Notes under the pieces: model-generated | What the model saw: only the letters and a program-made list of their open reading frames with translations | Databases searched by the model: none | Told to the model about the DNA's origin: nothing | Part shown: positions 47,855 through 58,300 of the stretch, in pieces | How positions within the stretch are numbered: position 1 is the stretch's first letter | How the letters are laid out: each line of letters begins with the position of its first letter | Source: Candidatus Sulfotelmatobacter sp. | Lineage (GTDB): Bacteria; Verrucomicrobiota; Verrucomicrobiia; Limisphaerales; UBA11358 | NCBI GenBank assembly: GCA_035485115.1 | Contig: DATHOG010000003.1 | Coordinates: 3,755 to 67,754, forward strand | Direction of reading: 5' to 3' | Length of the DNA: 64,000 bases | Program-made: the position numbers and the translations under genes

Positions 47855-48904
47855 TCAGGGGTGGGTGACAAGCGTTGACGGGCGTAGTGACTGCTGCTGT
47901 TGTTCCTCCTGCTGGACGAACTGCACCTCGCTGTCGAGGTCGAACGACTGGAAAATGTAGGCATTGAACAGCGCCTCGCCGACACTGTTCAATTTCAACT
48001 GGACCTGGTCCAGGTAGCCATGCAGGCCGATTTCAAAAACCTCCTCAATGGTGATGAATTGCAATTCGGCCGCGAGCCGGCCGCAAAGTTTTTCGGCATC
48101 GTTGCCAAAGCGGTTCACCGGCACGCCGGAGATATGGCGTAACGACTCGTTCAGGCGCTCGACACAGAAGCGGATGGAGCGGGGAAAATCCTCGTTGAGC
48201 AGGAGAAACTGCGCGACGTTATAGGGGTTGACCTCCGCGCCGTAAATCGCCTTGAAGACATCCCACGCGCTGCAGGAGCGCAGCACGGCGGACCATTCCA
48301 GCGCATCGGTCTGGCTGACGGATTTCGGCAGGCCGCGTTCGGGCAGCGTGTGATGCCGCAGGTCGAGGATGCGCGAGGTCTTGTCGGCGCGTTCCATGAA
48401 ACGGCCGGCCTCGCTGAACCACCAGCCTTCGTTGTGGCTGTGCGTCGCATAGCTCAAGCCGAGCAGTTGGATTGAACTCGCCTTGACCTGGTTAAAAAAA
48501 TCCGTCGGGCTTTCCGTCCAGACAATGCGTGCCTCGGGTGAGAGGATAAACAGATAAAGGCGGTTCAATTCCTCCCACGTTTCAATGGTGATCTGGTCGC
48601 GGATCATCCGGGCGTTTTCCCGCGCGGAACAAATCGAAGAGACGATCGAATTCGAGTTATCCTGGTTGAACACCATGAAGTCCGCCACCGCCGAGGCCGT
48701 GGCCTGGTTGTGCTGCTTGGCGAATGATTCCTCGTCGCCGGTGGTCTGGACGATGGGCATCCAGTGTTTGCGCAGCGTCTCGTCGTCAAGGCTGCGGTAA
48801 TCAAGCAGGAGCTGGAGGTTCACATCGAGCAGGCGCGCGACGTTTTCGGCGCGCTCGACATAGCGCGACATCCAGAACAGGGAATTGGCAACGCGGGAAA
48901 GCAT
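47855..48904 (-). CDS. Alpha-E domain protein
   Basis: MLSRVANSLFWMSRYVERAENVARLLDV is the canonical alpha-E N-terminus; 349 aa. Confidence 0.85.
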   Translation of the reverse strand: MLSRVANSLFWMSRYVERAENVARLLDVNLQLLLDYRSLDDETLRKHWMPIVQTTGDEESFAKQHNQATASAVADFMVFNQDNSNSIVSSICSARENARMIRDQITIETWEELNRLYLFILSPEARIVWTESPTDFFNQVKASSIQLLGLSYATHSHNEGWWFSEAGRFMERADKTSRILDLRHHTLPERGLPKSVSQTDALEWSAVLRSCSAWDVFKAIYGAEVNPYNVAQFLLLNEDFPRSIRFCVERLNESLRHISGVPVNRFGNDAEKLCGRLAAELQFITIEEVFEIGLHGYLDQVQLKLNSVGEALFNAYIFQSFDLDSEVQFVQQEEQQQQSLRPSTLVTHP

Positions 48905-48933
48905 TTATGATTAATGATGGGTGATTGGTGATT

Positions 48934-50409
48934 TCACTTATCGCCGTACAATACCCAGGTATCCTTGCTGCCGCCGCCCTGGGATGAATTGACCACCAGG
49001 GATCCTTTGCGCAACGCGACGCGCGTCAGGCCGCCGGGAATGATGACCGTCTTTTCGCCGCACAAAATGAACGGACGCAAATCCACATGGCGCCCTTCGA
49101 AACCCTCCTCGCCGCAATACGTTGGATGCGTGGAAAGCGAAATCATGGGCTGGGCGATGTAATTGCGCGGATCGGCGATGATCAGCTGGCGGAATTTTTC
49201 GATTTCTTCCTTCGTCGCCTTCGGCCCCATCAACATGCCGTAGCCGCCGGATTCGTTCGCGGCCTTCACCACGAGCTTGCCGAGGTTTTCCAGCATGTAT
49301 TTTTTGTCCGCTTCCTCGCTGGCGAGATACGTCGGCACATTTGGCAGGATTGGCTCCTGATCCAGGTAATACTTGATCATGCGCGGGACGAAGTAATACA
49401 TCACCTTGTCGTCGGCGATGCCTGTGCCGATGGAATTGGCCAGCGAGACGTTGCCCGCGCGATACGCCCGCACCAGTCCCGGCACGCCGAGCATTGAATC
49501 ACGGCGGAAAACAGTCGGGTCGAGAAAATCATCATCGATGCGGCGATAAATCACATGGACAGGCTTCAAGCCCTTGGTCGTGCGCATGAAGACATGCTCT
49601 TCACGCACCACCAGGTCGCGGCCTTCAACGATTTCTATGCCCATCTGCCGCGCAAGATAGGTGTGCTCAAAGTAAGCGGAGTTGTACGCGCCCGGCGTGA
49701 GCAATGCAATGGTCGGTTCGGCAACACCGGCGGGCGCGATGTGCTGCAATGCCTTCAATAGTTCCTGCGGATAATGTTCGACCGGGCGCACGCCGGTTTT
49801 TTCAAAGACATTGCGAAACGTGCGCTTCATCGCCCGGCGGTTTTCCAGGACGTAGCTCACGCCGCTCGGGCACCGGCCGTTGTCCTCGAGCACCATGTAA
49901 TTGCCCTTGTCGTCGCGGATGAGGTCCGTTCCGCAGACATGGATGTAGATGTCCTTCGGCACGGCGAAGTTCACAAACTCGCGCCGGAAATGTTTTCCCG
50001 AGAGGACGTAGTGCGCGGGAATCGTGCCGTCATTGAGGATGCGCTGCTCGTGGTAGATGTCGTGCAGGAAAAGATTCAGCGCCGTCACGCGCTGGGTGAG
50101 GCCGCGCTCAATGGTTTCCCATTCGGCGGCGGGGATGATGCGCGGCACCATGTCGAACGGAAACACGCGCTCCGTTCCGCGCGAGTCGCCATAGACGTTG
50201 AAGGTCACGCCCTGCCGCAAAAACGCGAGGTCCACGGCGTTGCGTTTGGATTGATATTCGTTGCTGGAGATCTGGCAGAACGCCTTGTGGACTTTGTCGT
50301 AATGCTTCAGCGGCACGCCCTCGCGCCCGAACATTTCGTCGAAAAATCCCTGACGATCGCCGCCGCAAAGGTTGAGGCTTGCCAGTTCCGTTTTAGCCAC
50401 GCCGGTCAT
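48934..50409 (-). CDS. Circularly permuted type-2 ATP-grasp protein
   Basis: 491 aa. Blocks [20 protein letters not shown] and GGYGMLMGP...IAQP, with the C-terminal [13 protein letters not shown] typical of this family. Confidence 0.85.
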   Translation of the reverse strand: MTGVAKTELASLNLCGGDRQGFFDEMFGREGVPLKHYDKVHKAFCQISSNEYQSKRNAVDLAFLRQGVTFNVYGDSRGTERVFPFDMVPRIIPAAEWETIERGLTQRVTALNLFLHDIYHEQRILNDGTIPAHYVLSGKHFRREFVNFAVPKDIYIHVCGTDLIRDDKGNYMVLEDNGRCPSGVSYVLENRRAMKRTFRNVFEKTGVRPVEHYPQELLKALQHIAPAGVAEPTIALLTPGAYNSAYFEHTYLARQMGIEIVEGRDLVVREEHVFMRTTKGLKPVHVIYRRIDDDFLDPTVFRRDSMLGVPGLVRAYRAGNVSLANSIGTGIADDKVMYYFVPRMIKYYLDQEPILPNVPTYLASEEADKKYMLENLGKLVVKAANESGGYGMLMGPKATKEEIEKFRQLIIADPRNYIAQPMISLSTHPTYCGEEGFEGRHVDLRPFILCGEKTVIIPGGLTRVALRKGSLVVNSSQGGGSKDTWVLYGDK

Positions 50410-50545
50410 TTTGGTTCAGAGTTGTCGTTTCTATTGCGCGCCAATCCTGTATAAAAACAGTCATTGGCGGCGCACACAGCATTTAAGCAGCGGTTGTGCC
50501 AGTACCGGGCAAAGAAATCATTCGTTGCCAAAATGACCCGAAAAA

Positions 50546-51919
50546 TCAGGCGTGTCTTTGGATCAAATACGCCTTGAACTTCTCGTAGTCCGCGCCCATC
50601 CGGTCGAAATCTTCCGGCAATTTCAAGGACGCGAGCATGTTCGCCGGCACGTCCGGTTCCCAGCCGACCACCTTTTGCACTTCGCCGGGAAATTTCGCCG
50701 GGTTCGCGGTCTCCACGATGACCGCCGGGGTGTTGCCCAGCGGTTCCTGCGCGGTCCAGTCCAGCAATCCCTGCCACGCCACGGAACCATGCGGTTCGAG
50801 CAGCAGTTGGAACTGGTTCCAGAAATCCCGGATGCCCGCGACGGTGCGTTCGTCGGAAATGGACGAGGAAAAAATGTCGCGCCGCATCGCCTCGATGTTC
50901 GGCTGGATCAGGATTTTACCCGTCTCATCCATCTGGCCGCCGTAAACCGAGACCAGCCGCGCCAAGTTGCTCGGATGGCCGACGTTCATCGCGTTGGACA
51001 ACGAATTGCGCGATGGCGAAATTTTTTGATAATCACCGCTTCCGAGAAATTTCGGGAAGGCGTCATTGGCGTTCACCGCCGCGACAATTTTTCTCACCGG
51101 CAAACCCATCTCGCGCGCCACAATCGCGCCCATCATGTCGCCGAAGTTGCCGCTCGGCACGGAAAACACCACCGGCTCCCCTGCCTGCGCCACCCGTGAT
51201 GCGGCATAGAAATAATAAACGCTCTGCGGCAACAGGCGTCCGATGTTGATGGAGTTAGCGGACGATAGCGGGATGTGGTTCAGGTCCGCGTCGGCGAACG
51301 CGCGTTTCACCATCGCCTGGCAGTCGTCAAACTTGCCGTCGATGGCCACGGTGCGGATGTTGTCCTTGAGCGTGGTCATCAGTTTACGCTGGCTCTCGCT
51401 CACTTCCGCGAGGGGAAACAGCACGATGACCCGCACGCCGGGAATTTTATGGAACGCATGGGCGACCGCCGAACCGGTGTCGCCGCTGGTCGCGGTGAGG
51501 ATCGTGACCTGCCGGTTGTCTTCGCGCAAAAATTTGCCGAACAATCGCGCCATCATCTGCGCGGCAAAATCCTTGAACGACGCCGTCGGGCCCTGGTCCA
51601 GGCGCATCAGGAACGTGCGGAAGTTCACGACCTCCAGCGGCACGGGAAAGTTGTACGCCTCGGCGCAAAACTTCGCGAGTTCCGCCGGCGGCACGATGCC
51701 CTCGGTGAACTTGGACAGCACCCGGAACGCGATCTCGTGATACGGCAGGCGGGAGAACGCCGCGAGTTCGTTGAACGTGAAGCGCGGAAATTGTTTCGGA
51801 AAATACAGGCCGCGATCCGGTGCCTGGCCTTGTAACAACGCCTCGCGCAGATTGACGGCGGGCGACTGGCCGTTCGTGGAATGAAATTGAATCTGGGACA
51901 TCTTACTTGAAATTTTCAA
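50546..51919 (-). CDS. thrC: Threonine synthase
   Basis: PLP-lysine block GPTASFKDFAAQ and TATSGDTGSA; 457 aa. Overlaps the hom 3' end by 17 nt. Confidence 0.9.
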   Translation of the reverse strand: MKISSKMSQIQFHSTNGQSPAVNLREALLQGQAPDRGLYFPKQFPRFTFNELAAFSRLPYHEIAFRVLSKFTEGIVPPAELAKFCAEAYNFPVPLEVVNFRTFLMRLDQGPTASFKDFAAQMMARLFGKFLREDNRQVTILTATSGDTGSAVAHAFHKIPGVRVIVLFPLAEVSESQRKLMTTLKDNIRTVAIDGKFDDCQAMVKRAFADADLNHIPLSSANSINIGRLLPQSVYYFYAASRVAQAGEPVVFSVPSGNFGDMMGAIVAREMGLPVRKIVAAVNANDAFPKFLGSGDYQKISPSRNSLSNAMNVGHPSNLARLVSVYGGQMDETGKILIQPNIEAMRRDIFSSSISDERTVAGIRDFWNQFQLLLEPHGSVAWQGLLDWTAQEPLGNTPAVIVETANPAKFPGEVQKVVGWEPDVPANMLASLKLPEDFDRMGADYEKFKAYLIQRHA

Positions 51920-53207
51920 CGCGGAACATGACCGGTTGGCCTTTGACGGCGGGCAATTTGGCGATCTGGCCGAGTGCGCGTTTCACCGCGCCGTTCGTCG
52001 CATAGTGCAGCATGAAGATCAGCGGCACGCTGGCGCCTTCGTGGCCTTCCGGCTGGATGACGGACGATATGCCGATGTGGGACTGGCCGAAAATGGTCGC
52101 AATCCTCGCGAGCACGCCGGGCTTGTCCACCACGTTGAGGCGGACGAAATATTGCGAGACAACTTCATCGATCGGCGCGACACAGCCGGCACATTCGTGC
52201 GGCACGAAGGCGGGCAGTCGGTTCTTCGCGCCGCTTTTCAGATCGAGCACCGCATCGCCGATGTCGCTCAAGACCGCACTGGCCGTGGCGTCCTTGCCCG
52301 CGCCGCGACCGTAAAATAGCGAATCGCCCACGACATCACCGCGCACGAATACGGCATTGAACACGCCGTTCACGCTGGCCAGCACGTGCGAATTTGGCAC
52401 GAGGGTCGGATAAACAGAAACTTGGATGCGCCCGTTGCCCTCCAGTTTTTTCACCGTGCCAAGCAGCTTGATGGTGTAACCAAGTTCACCGGCAAATTTG
52501 ATGTCCAGCGCGGAAACCGGGCGGATGCCTTCGACGTGGATTTTCTTCGGATTGACCCAGAAACCATGCGCGAGCGACGCGAGGATGCCGGTCTTGTGCG
52601 CGGCATCGTGGCCATCGATGTCCAGGTCGGGCGGCGTTTCGGCATAACCGAGTTTCTGCGCGTCCGCGAGCACTTCGTCGAGATCCGCGCCTTCCAGCTT
52701 CATCCGTGTGAGGATGTAATTGCAGGTGCCGTTGACGATTCCGTAAAGCGCATTGATGCGGTTGCCGACAAAACCTTCGCGCAACGCCTTGATGATGGGA
52801 ATGCCACCGCAGACGCTCGCCTCGTAATAAAGATTGGTGCCGTATTTTTGCGCGGCGGCGAAAAGTTCCTCGCCATGGGCGGAGAGCAACGCCTTGTTCG
52901 CCGTGATGACCGGCTTGCCGAGCTTCAGCGCGGCCAGGATCGCCTCGCGCGCCACGCCCGTGCCGCCGATGAGCTCGGCGACGACCTGGATGTGGGGATC
53001 AAAAACCACTTCGCGCCAGTCGGTCGTCAGCAATTTGGCGGGAATCTTCGTGGCCCGTTTCTTTTTCAAATCGCGCACGGCGACGCGTTCGATGGATACG
53101 CGGGTGCCCAGGCGCGAGGCCACCAGCGAACCGTTGCGCTGGAGCGCTTCGTAAACGCCGCTGCCGACCGTGCCGCCGCCGATGATGCCGAGTTTGACCT
53201 GCTGCAT
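51903..53207 (-). CDS. hom: Homoserine dehydrogenase with a C-terminal ACT domain
   Basis: Start at ATG 53207 (MQQVKLGIIGGGTVGSGV). NAD-binding N-terminus and ITANKALLS block. The upstream 84 codons of the ORF lie in intergenic repeat sequence. Confidence 0.9.
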   Translation of the reverse strand: MQQVKLGIIGGGTVGSGVYEALQRNGSLVASRLGTRVSIERVAVRDLKKKRATKIPAKLLTTDWREVVFDPHIQVVAELIGGTGVAREAILAALKLGKPVITANKALLSAHGEELFAAAQKYGTNLYYEASVCGGIPIIKALREGFVGNRINALYGIVNGTCNYILTRMKLEGADLDEVLADAQKLGYAETPPDLDIDGHDAAHKTGILASLAHGFWVNPKKIHVEGIRPVSALDIKFAGELGYTIKLLGTVKKLEGNGRIQVSVYPTLVPNSHVLASVNGVFNAVFVRGDVVGDSLFYGRGAGKDATASAVLSDIGDAVLDLKSGAKNRLPAFVPHECAGCVAPIDEVVSQYFVRLNVVDKPGVLARIATIFGQSHIGISSVIQPEGHEGASVPLIFMLHYATNGAVKRALGQIAKLPAVKGQPVMFRVENFK

Positions 53208-53436
53208 AGTTACACCGGCAGGTTGCCGTGAAAAAGAGCAGGGGACAATCCAATTTTGGTTCCGCGACGTTTTCAGTGGGCAACTGGATTTGACGTTTCC
53301 ATGGCAGGCAAGGGGACAATTCTCCCCATCATATTCCGCCGTCGCCGATCTGAATTGAAAATCCGCGCCAAGCGGGCAGGGCGGAGAGTCTATGCTGACG
53401 AGATGGCGGAGATGGCTCGCGGTTGTTTGGATGGCC

Positions 53437-53655
53437 GATGGGTAATCGCCAATAGGCAATAGGTAATCGCCGATGGCAAATCGCCGATAGCCGAGTCAAT
53501 CGCCAATCGCCAAGTCAGCAATCAAACCGGATGAGCATCACGCGTTGGTTATGGATTTTGGCGCGGATGATTTCCCGCGCCAGTTGCAATCGCATAGCCG
53601 ATGGGCAATTGCCGATAGATAATCGCCAATAGGTAATCGCCAATCGCCGATTGGC
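53437..53655. repeat. Arrays of degenerate ATCGCC[AG]AT[AG]G units (downstream flank of the four-helix-bundle gene)
   Basis: Two clusters (about 53437-53525 and 53590-53655), each with 5 or more units such as TAATCGCCAATAGG, AATCGCCGATGG and AATCGCCAATCGCC. Confidence 0.7.
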
Positions 53656-54197
53656 TATTCTTCGTCCGGCTTCAATTCGCCACGGGCGATGCGGGCTTCG
53701 GTTGATTTATAAAGCGGATGTTCCGGCTTCAAGTTGCGCAAAAAGATCAGGCGAAAATCTTTGGCCTTCTGCGCGGACTCACGTCTTTCCTTTACCTCGC
53801 CGGTCAGGTACCGCTTGCCTTGCACGGGCGAACTGTCAATGGATGCGGTCCACGCTGTCAATTGCCGGGCACAGGACTCGGCCATCGCGCGAATTTCCTG
53901 CAAGTGCCGCACAATGGGTTTGAGTTTTGGCCGGTCCTTGACCACGGCCATCATGGAACGCACCTCGCCCGCGCTGCCGCGTGCGATGGCGAGAAACATG
54001 TTAAGTTCATTCGTCGTCACGCGCTCGAATCCTTCCGCGATGTTGTTTGAGACGGAGAGCGCGGCGCGATCCAATTGATTGCGGAAGCCTGGCGTGAGCG
54101 GCACGTTTGGCCCTTCCAGCAGGTCAAGCACGCGGTTGTAGAGCCGCGCCGCCTCCTGCCACACCGGCAGCTCTTCAAACTTTTGATACTTCGCCAT
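53655..54197 (-). CDS. Four-helix-bundle protein (23S rRNA intervening-sequence protein / Avd-like family)
   Basis: LPVWQEAARLYNRVLDL...RNQLDRAALSVSNNIAEGFER...FLAIARGSAGEVRS is the hallmark pattern of this family. Confidence 0.85.
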   Translation of the reverse strand: MAKYQKFEELPVWQEAARLYNRVLDLLEGPNVPLTPGFRNQLDRAALSVSNNIAEGFERVTTNELNMFLAIARGSAGEVRSMMAVVKDRPKLKPIVRHLQEIRAMAESCARQLTAWTASIDSSPVQGKRYLTGEVKERRESAQKAKDFRLIFLRNLKPEHPLYKSTEARIARGELKPDEE

Positions 54198-54235
54198 ATT
54201 GGGTGTTTTTTTGGTTAAGTTTTCACTGAACGAAA

Positions 54236-54390
54236 ATAATCGCCAATAGCCGATAGTCCATCGCCAATGTGGCGGTTATGACCGGCTTCCATATGGTGCG
54301 GGAGATAACAATCGCCGATAGCCGATAGTCGATCGCCAAAATAAAAGTCCGGGCGGAGCACAAGCAGTTCGGCGATTGGCGATTGCCCAT
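54236..54390. repeat. ATCGCC[AG]AT unit clusters (upstream flank of the four-helix-bundle gene), including an inverted copy
   Basis: AATAATCGCCAATAGCCGATAGTCCATCGCCAAT (54236-), CAATCGCCGATAGCCGATAGTCGATCGCC (54308-) and the inverted GGCGATTGGCGATTGCCC (54371-54388). Confidence 0.7.
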
Positions 54391-54875
54391 GATTCTTCGC
54401 TGTCCTTAATTTTTCATCGATAGCCCATGTGCTGGAATTTCGACCTTGCTGACGCGGCGTTGGCAGATGCGATTCATAATTTTCCCCGGATGGGTATGTT
54501 AGTCTTTCACACCCAAGTTTCCGTTTTGTGAACCAGAGAAGTTTTAGCCTCAATTGGAACGGACATCCAGAAATATTTACCAAACTGGAAAGGGAGCGGA
54601 AATGGGCCAAACCTGACCAATGGATATTTTGTCCCTCGTCCCTCGAATAAGCGAGCAGGGCGGCATTTATGTTTGGGACGGCGGTCCGAGCCGGACAGGC
54701 GACCGAGCCGTCCCTCCCGCCAATGATTTGAGCCGGCTGACGTCGGCGACCATTTCTTTACGGTGAGTTATCAAACAGACTGCCGCCGAGATTTTGCCGG
54801 TGTTCGGGGAATTCTGCCGACTGCAAGCCGGCAGCACTTTGCCGGCTGTCGGCAAAAAGCTGTCTACTATATTTC

Positions 54876-54905
54876 TTGACAAAGTAAACACTGTTATCAT
54901 ATTAT
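54876..54905 (+). promoter_or_regulatory. Orphan sigma-70-like promoter (TTGACA-N18-TATTAT)
   Basis: TTGACA at 54876-54881 and TATTAT at 54900-54905. No plus-strand ORF follows it. Confidence 0.3.
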
Positions 54906-55358
54906 TAAAGCGGTAGAGTTGAGATTTGGGGTGATCCGTCCCGCCTGCGGGACGCGGCGGGGGTATTGTTCTTTGACATAGCCACTAAGTGGCAGATAGG
55001 AGCTGGCATGTGACGCCGGGCGTGGGTCTGAATGTCTTGAATTGAACCGTTCAGCCCCCGCCCTGGCTGCAAGCTGGTCTTGCCATATCCGAGTGTGCCG
55101 GTTTTTGGAATGTGCTCTTAAATGCGCATATTTGCGGATAATTGCGCTTAACGCGGATAATGGTTGCTGGTTGAAAGTTGCAGGTGCCAAAAAGGCCAGA
55201 AATCGTGCCGAATCAAGGTAAATCAAGGTAAATCAAACCAAAAAATAGTACTGGCCGAGCAAAGGCTCGGTGCTTCCCCCTTCGCTAAAGCTACGGAGGA
55301 CAGGCCGACGCCGGCAAGCTGGGTCAAGGTTGGTCAAACATAGTCAAAGTTCAATGGT

Positions 55359-58300
55359 TCAGTTCATCGCTTCCGTTGACAAAGGCAGCCGGGATACGAA
55401 CACGACATAGGCCAGGGCGGTTGTCACCGATGGATCATCGGTGTTCGATCCCAGTGTGAGGCTTTCGTCCGTTTTCGCGCGGTGCTGGTAGATGGTCATC
55501 GCGTGGCCGTTCACCTTCAGCGTCATCCCCGTGCGCCTGAATTTTTGCTCGAGCCACGTGGGCAGCGGCAGGCGGTCGTCATGCGCCACGCTCACGACCG
55601 TGCCGCCCTTCACCGCGAGTTGCATCAAGTCAACCGCGCTATAAATACTGTCGCCATTTGCGCCCTGCACCCAATCCGCGCCGACCAGCGCCGGCGGCAG
55701 ACCGGCAAAGGGCGTATCCCGGTCCACAAAAATGTTCCGTCCATCCGTTGCGTTCTGTTCCACATGAACGATGGTCGTCGGGCCGGAATAGGAAAACGAA
55801 ACGATATAACGTCCCGCACCGGCGGACGGCTGGCCGTCGCCGGTGGCAGCCGGTTCCTCGCTGACCCGGAGAAAATCCGGTCTGGCCAGGGTCACTTCCG
55901 GCAACGGCGGATTTTTGGTTTCAATCCCGTTTTGGATCCCGACCGGGTGTGAGGCGATGGCAACGCTCGCGGGTTTCAGTCCGGGACAGCTCGCCGAAAT
56001 CGCGACCGTTCCCGGCTGCAAGGTTGACCGCACGGCAATCCGGTTGATGCCGCACTCCAGATCAAGGAACGGATTGTTGATGGACCCGGGCTGGCCGCTG
56101 TTGTAACCGCCGCGCCAGATGGCCGGGCCGCTGCAATCAAAATCCACGCGTTGCTGGAATGTCGGCACGCGCCGGCCTTGCGCGTCCACGGCCTCCACAT
56201 CCACCAACGCCACGTCCGAACCGTCGGCTTCAAAATTTTCCGGGCCGATCACCGGTGTCAGCCGCAGCGCGACCGCTTCGCCGGCGGTTTGGATGGAGTT
56301 TGTCGCCACCGCCTCGCCGTGATAACTGGCAACGGCTTCGATTTCCCCGGCTTCAAACGCGACGTTTTCAAATGTGAATAAAAAACGGTCGGAGACTTTG
56401 CCATGACCAAGCGATTTGCCGTTCACGAACAGTTCCACGTCGCCGCAGTTGGACGCGACATAAACCGTCTTCTTCGTGCCCGCGGGATAATTCCAGTGGC
56501 CGATGATGTGAACCTGCGGATCGTCGCGGAACATCGCCTGGACGACATAATAGGCTTCCTTCGGCAGCCGCACGCCGTCCACCTCGCCGCTCGCGCGGGA
56601 AACTTCCGTGGTGTTGCGGCCACCGCTGGTCGAGTCGGAAAAAATCCAGTTCGCGCCGCCGGAATGGTTCGCCGCAAATGTTTTGTGCACATATTGCACC
56701 ACTTCATTCACCGCGTACTCCTCCGAGTCCACGTTATAGGTCTGCCCCGCCTCCAGCGCGTTGTAATTGGTGTTCGGCGGCGTGAACTCGTCCCAGACGC
56801 GGCGCGGTGATTCTTCGCGATCGTATTCGCCCTCGACCACCGGCAGGCTGCTGATTTCGCGCCCGCCCTCCGTGCCGATGCACACATCCATGTATTTTCC
56901 GGTGATCGCATTCGCGCGGCGATGCGCATAAGCGCGGCCGCCGTGCGGATCGAACTCGTCCATGTAGCCGCGCAATTGCCGGGCGTGTTCCTCGGTGACC
57001 TTTTGGTTGCCGCCTTCCCAGATCATGATGGAAGGATTGTTGCGATAATAAATAAGGGCGTCCCGGAAGGCGTCCGCGCGGATCTGCCATGCCGCACCGA
57101 CGGTGTCCGACTCGCCATCCACGCCCGGTTGCTCGACCATCAGGCCGAGCATATCGCAACTCGCGATCTGCGCCGGGCCGGCCGCGCAATGTCCCCAACG
57201 CACCCAGTTCGCGCCGGCCTGTTTCATCAGATCCAGGGTGTAAAAGTGCAGCCAGTCCGGTTGCGCATCACCGAGGCCGGGCCATTCATCCACCGGCTTC
57301 TGTCCCCAGCCATGCAGACGAAGATGCTTGCCGTTGATGGCAAAGCCGGTGTTGGCATCCCAATTGACCGTCCGGATGCCGAAAGGAACTTCCTGCGAAT
57401 CAATCTCCTTGCCGTCAATGCTCAACGAAATTTTTGCGCGGTACAGATAAGGAAAATCCGGCTGCCACAGGTTCGGGTTTGGAACGGTCACGGCGATGTT
57501 CGCTTTCACCAAGGCGGTGGAGGCGATTTTCATCACAGGTGAAACCCGGCCGGTGGACACCACCTTGCCATCGTGATCCAGGATCTGCACGGAGACATCA
57601 ACCTCTTCGTTCGAAATACGGTCGTTCTGTATCGGTATTTCGACGTTCACCTTCGCCGATTTGTCCGAAACGTCCGTCGGGTAGATGTAAGGCCCCTCGG
57701 TCTGCAAAAAATCGTATAGCGGCAGTGTGATATGCAGCGGGTCGGTCACGTACAGCTTTACATCACGATAAATACCGCCCATCGCCGGGTGCCATTGCGG
57801 ATTGTTCCATGGGATCTGGTCGGCGCGGATGGCGTTCACGTCATCGGGGATGATCTTGTTAACTTTCGTTTCGAATTCACCCAGCGTGTCGCTCATGAGT
57901 CCGGTTTCCTTGGCACCAGGCATCGGGTTGATCATGAACCGGTTGTCGCACATCACGGCGAGCACGTTTGTGGCGCCGATCTTGAGATATGAAGTCAGGT
58001 CAAAGCCGAACGGGATGAAACCATTTTTGCAAATGCCCAGCCTTTGGCCGTTCAGAAAAACTTCGCCGAACTGCCGCACGGCTTGAAATTCGATAAAAAC
58101 TTTTTGCCCGCTCCAGCTTTCCGGCGCGACGAAGGTTTTGCGGTACCACGTCCGGCCGCTCCACTGGTTTTCCTCGCCGCGCAATCCGGGCAGCTCGAAA
58201 TTGTTGAACGTGTCGGTGTCGTTGAACGTGTGCGGCGTGGAAACGGTGTTCCACCCCTCGTCGTTGAAGCTTTCAGCGAAGGCATTCGTCGGGTCGGTTT

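Noticed and set aside
50406-50777. 123-aa minus-strand ORF bridging the thrC 3' end and the ATP-grasp promoter region
   Set aside because: It overlaps thrC out of frame, has low-complexity composition and has no support.
52386-53231. 281-aa plus-strand ORF
   Set aside because: It is antisense to homoserine dehydrogenase.
54344-54354. AAAGTCCGGGC, identical to the RNase P RNA P4 hallmark
   Set aside because: None of the other universally conserved RNase P segments (for example ACAGAACCCGGCUUA) are nearby. It is an isolated 11-mer inside the repeat flank.
53437-54390. Possible CRISPR array, suggested by the many ATCGCC[AG]AT repeats
   Set aside because: The units are only about 10 nt, degenerate, directly abutting without unique spacers of 25-40 nt, and split around a gene. 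This is not CRISPR architecture, and there are no cas genes.
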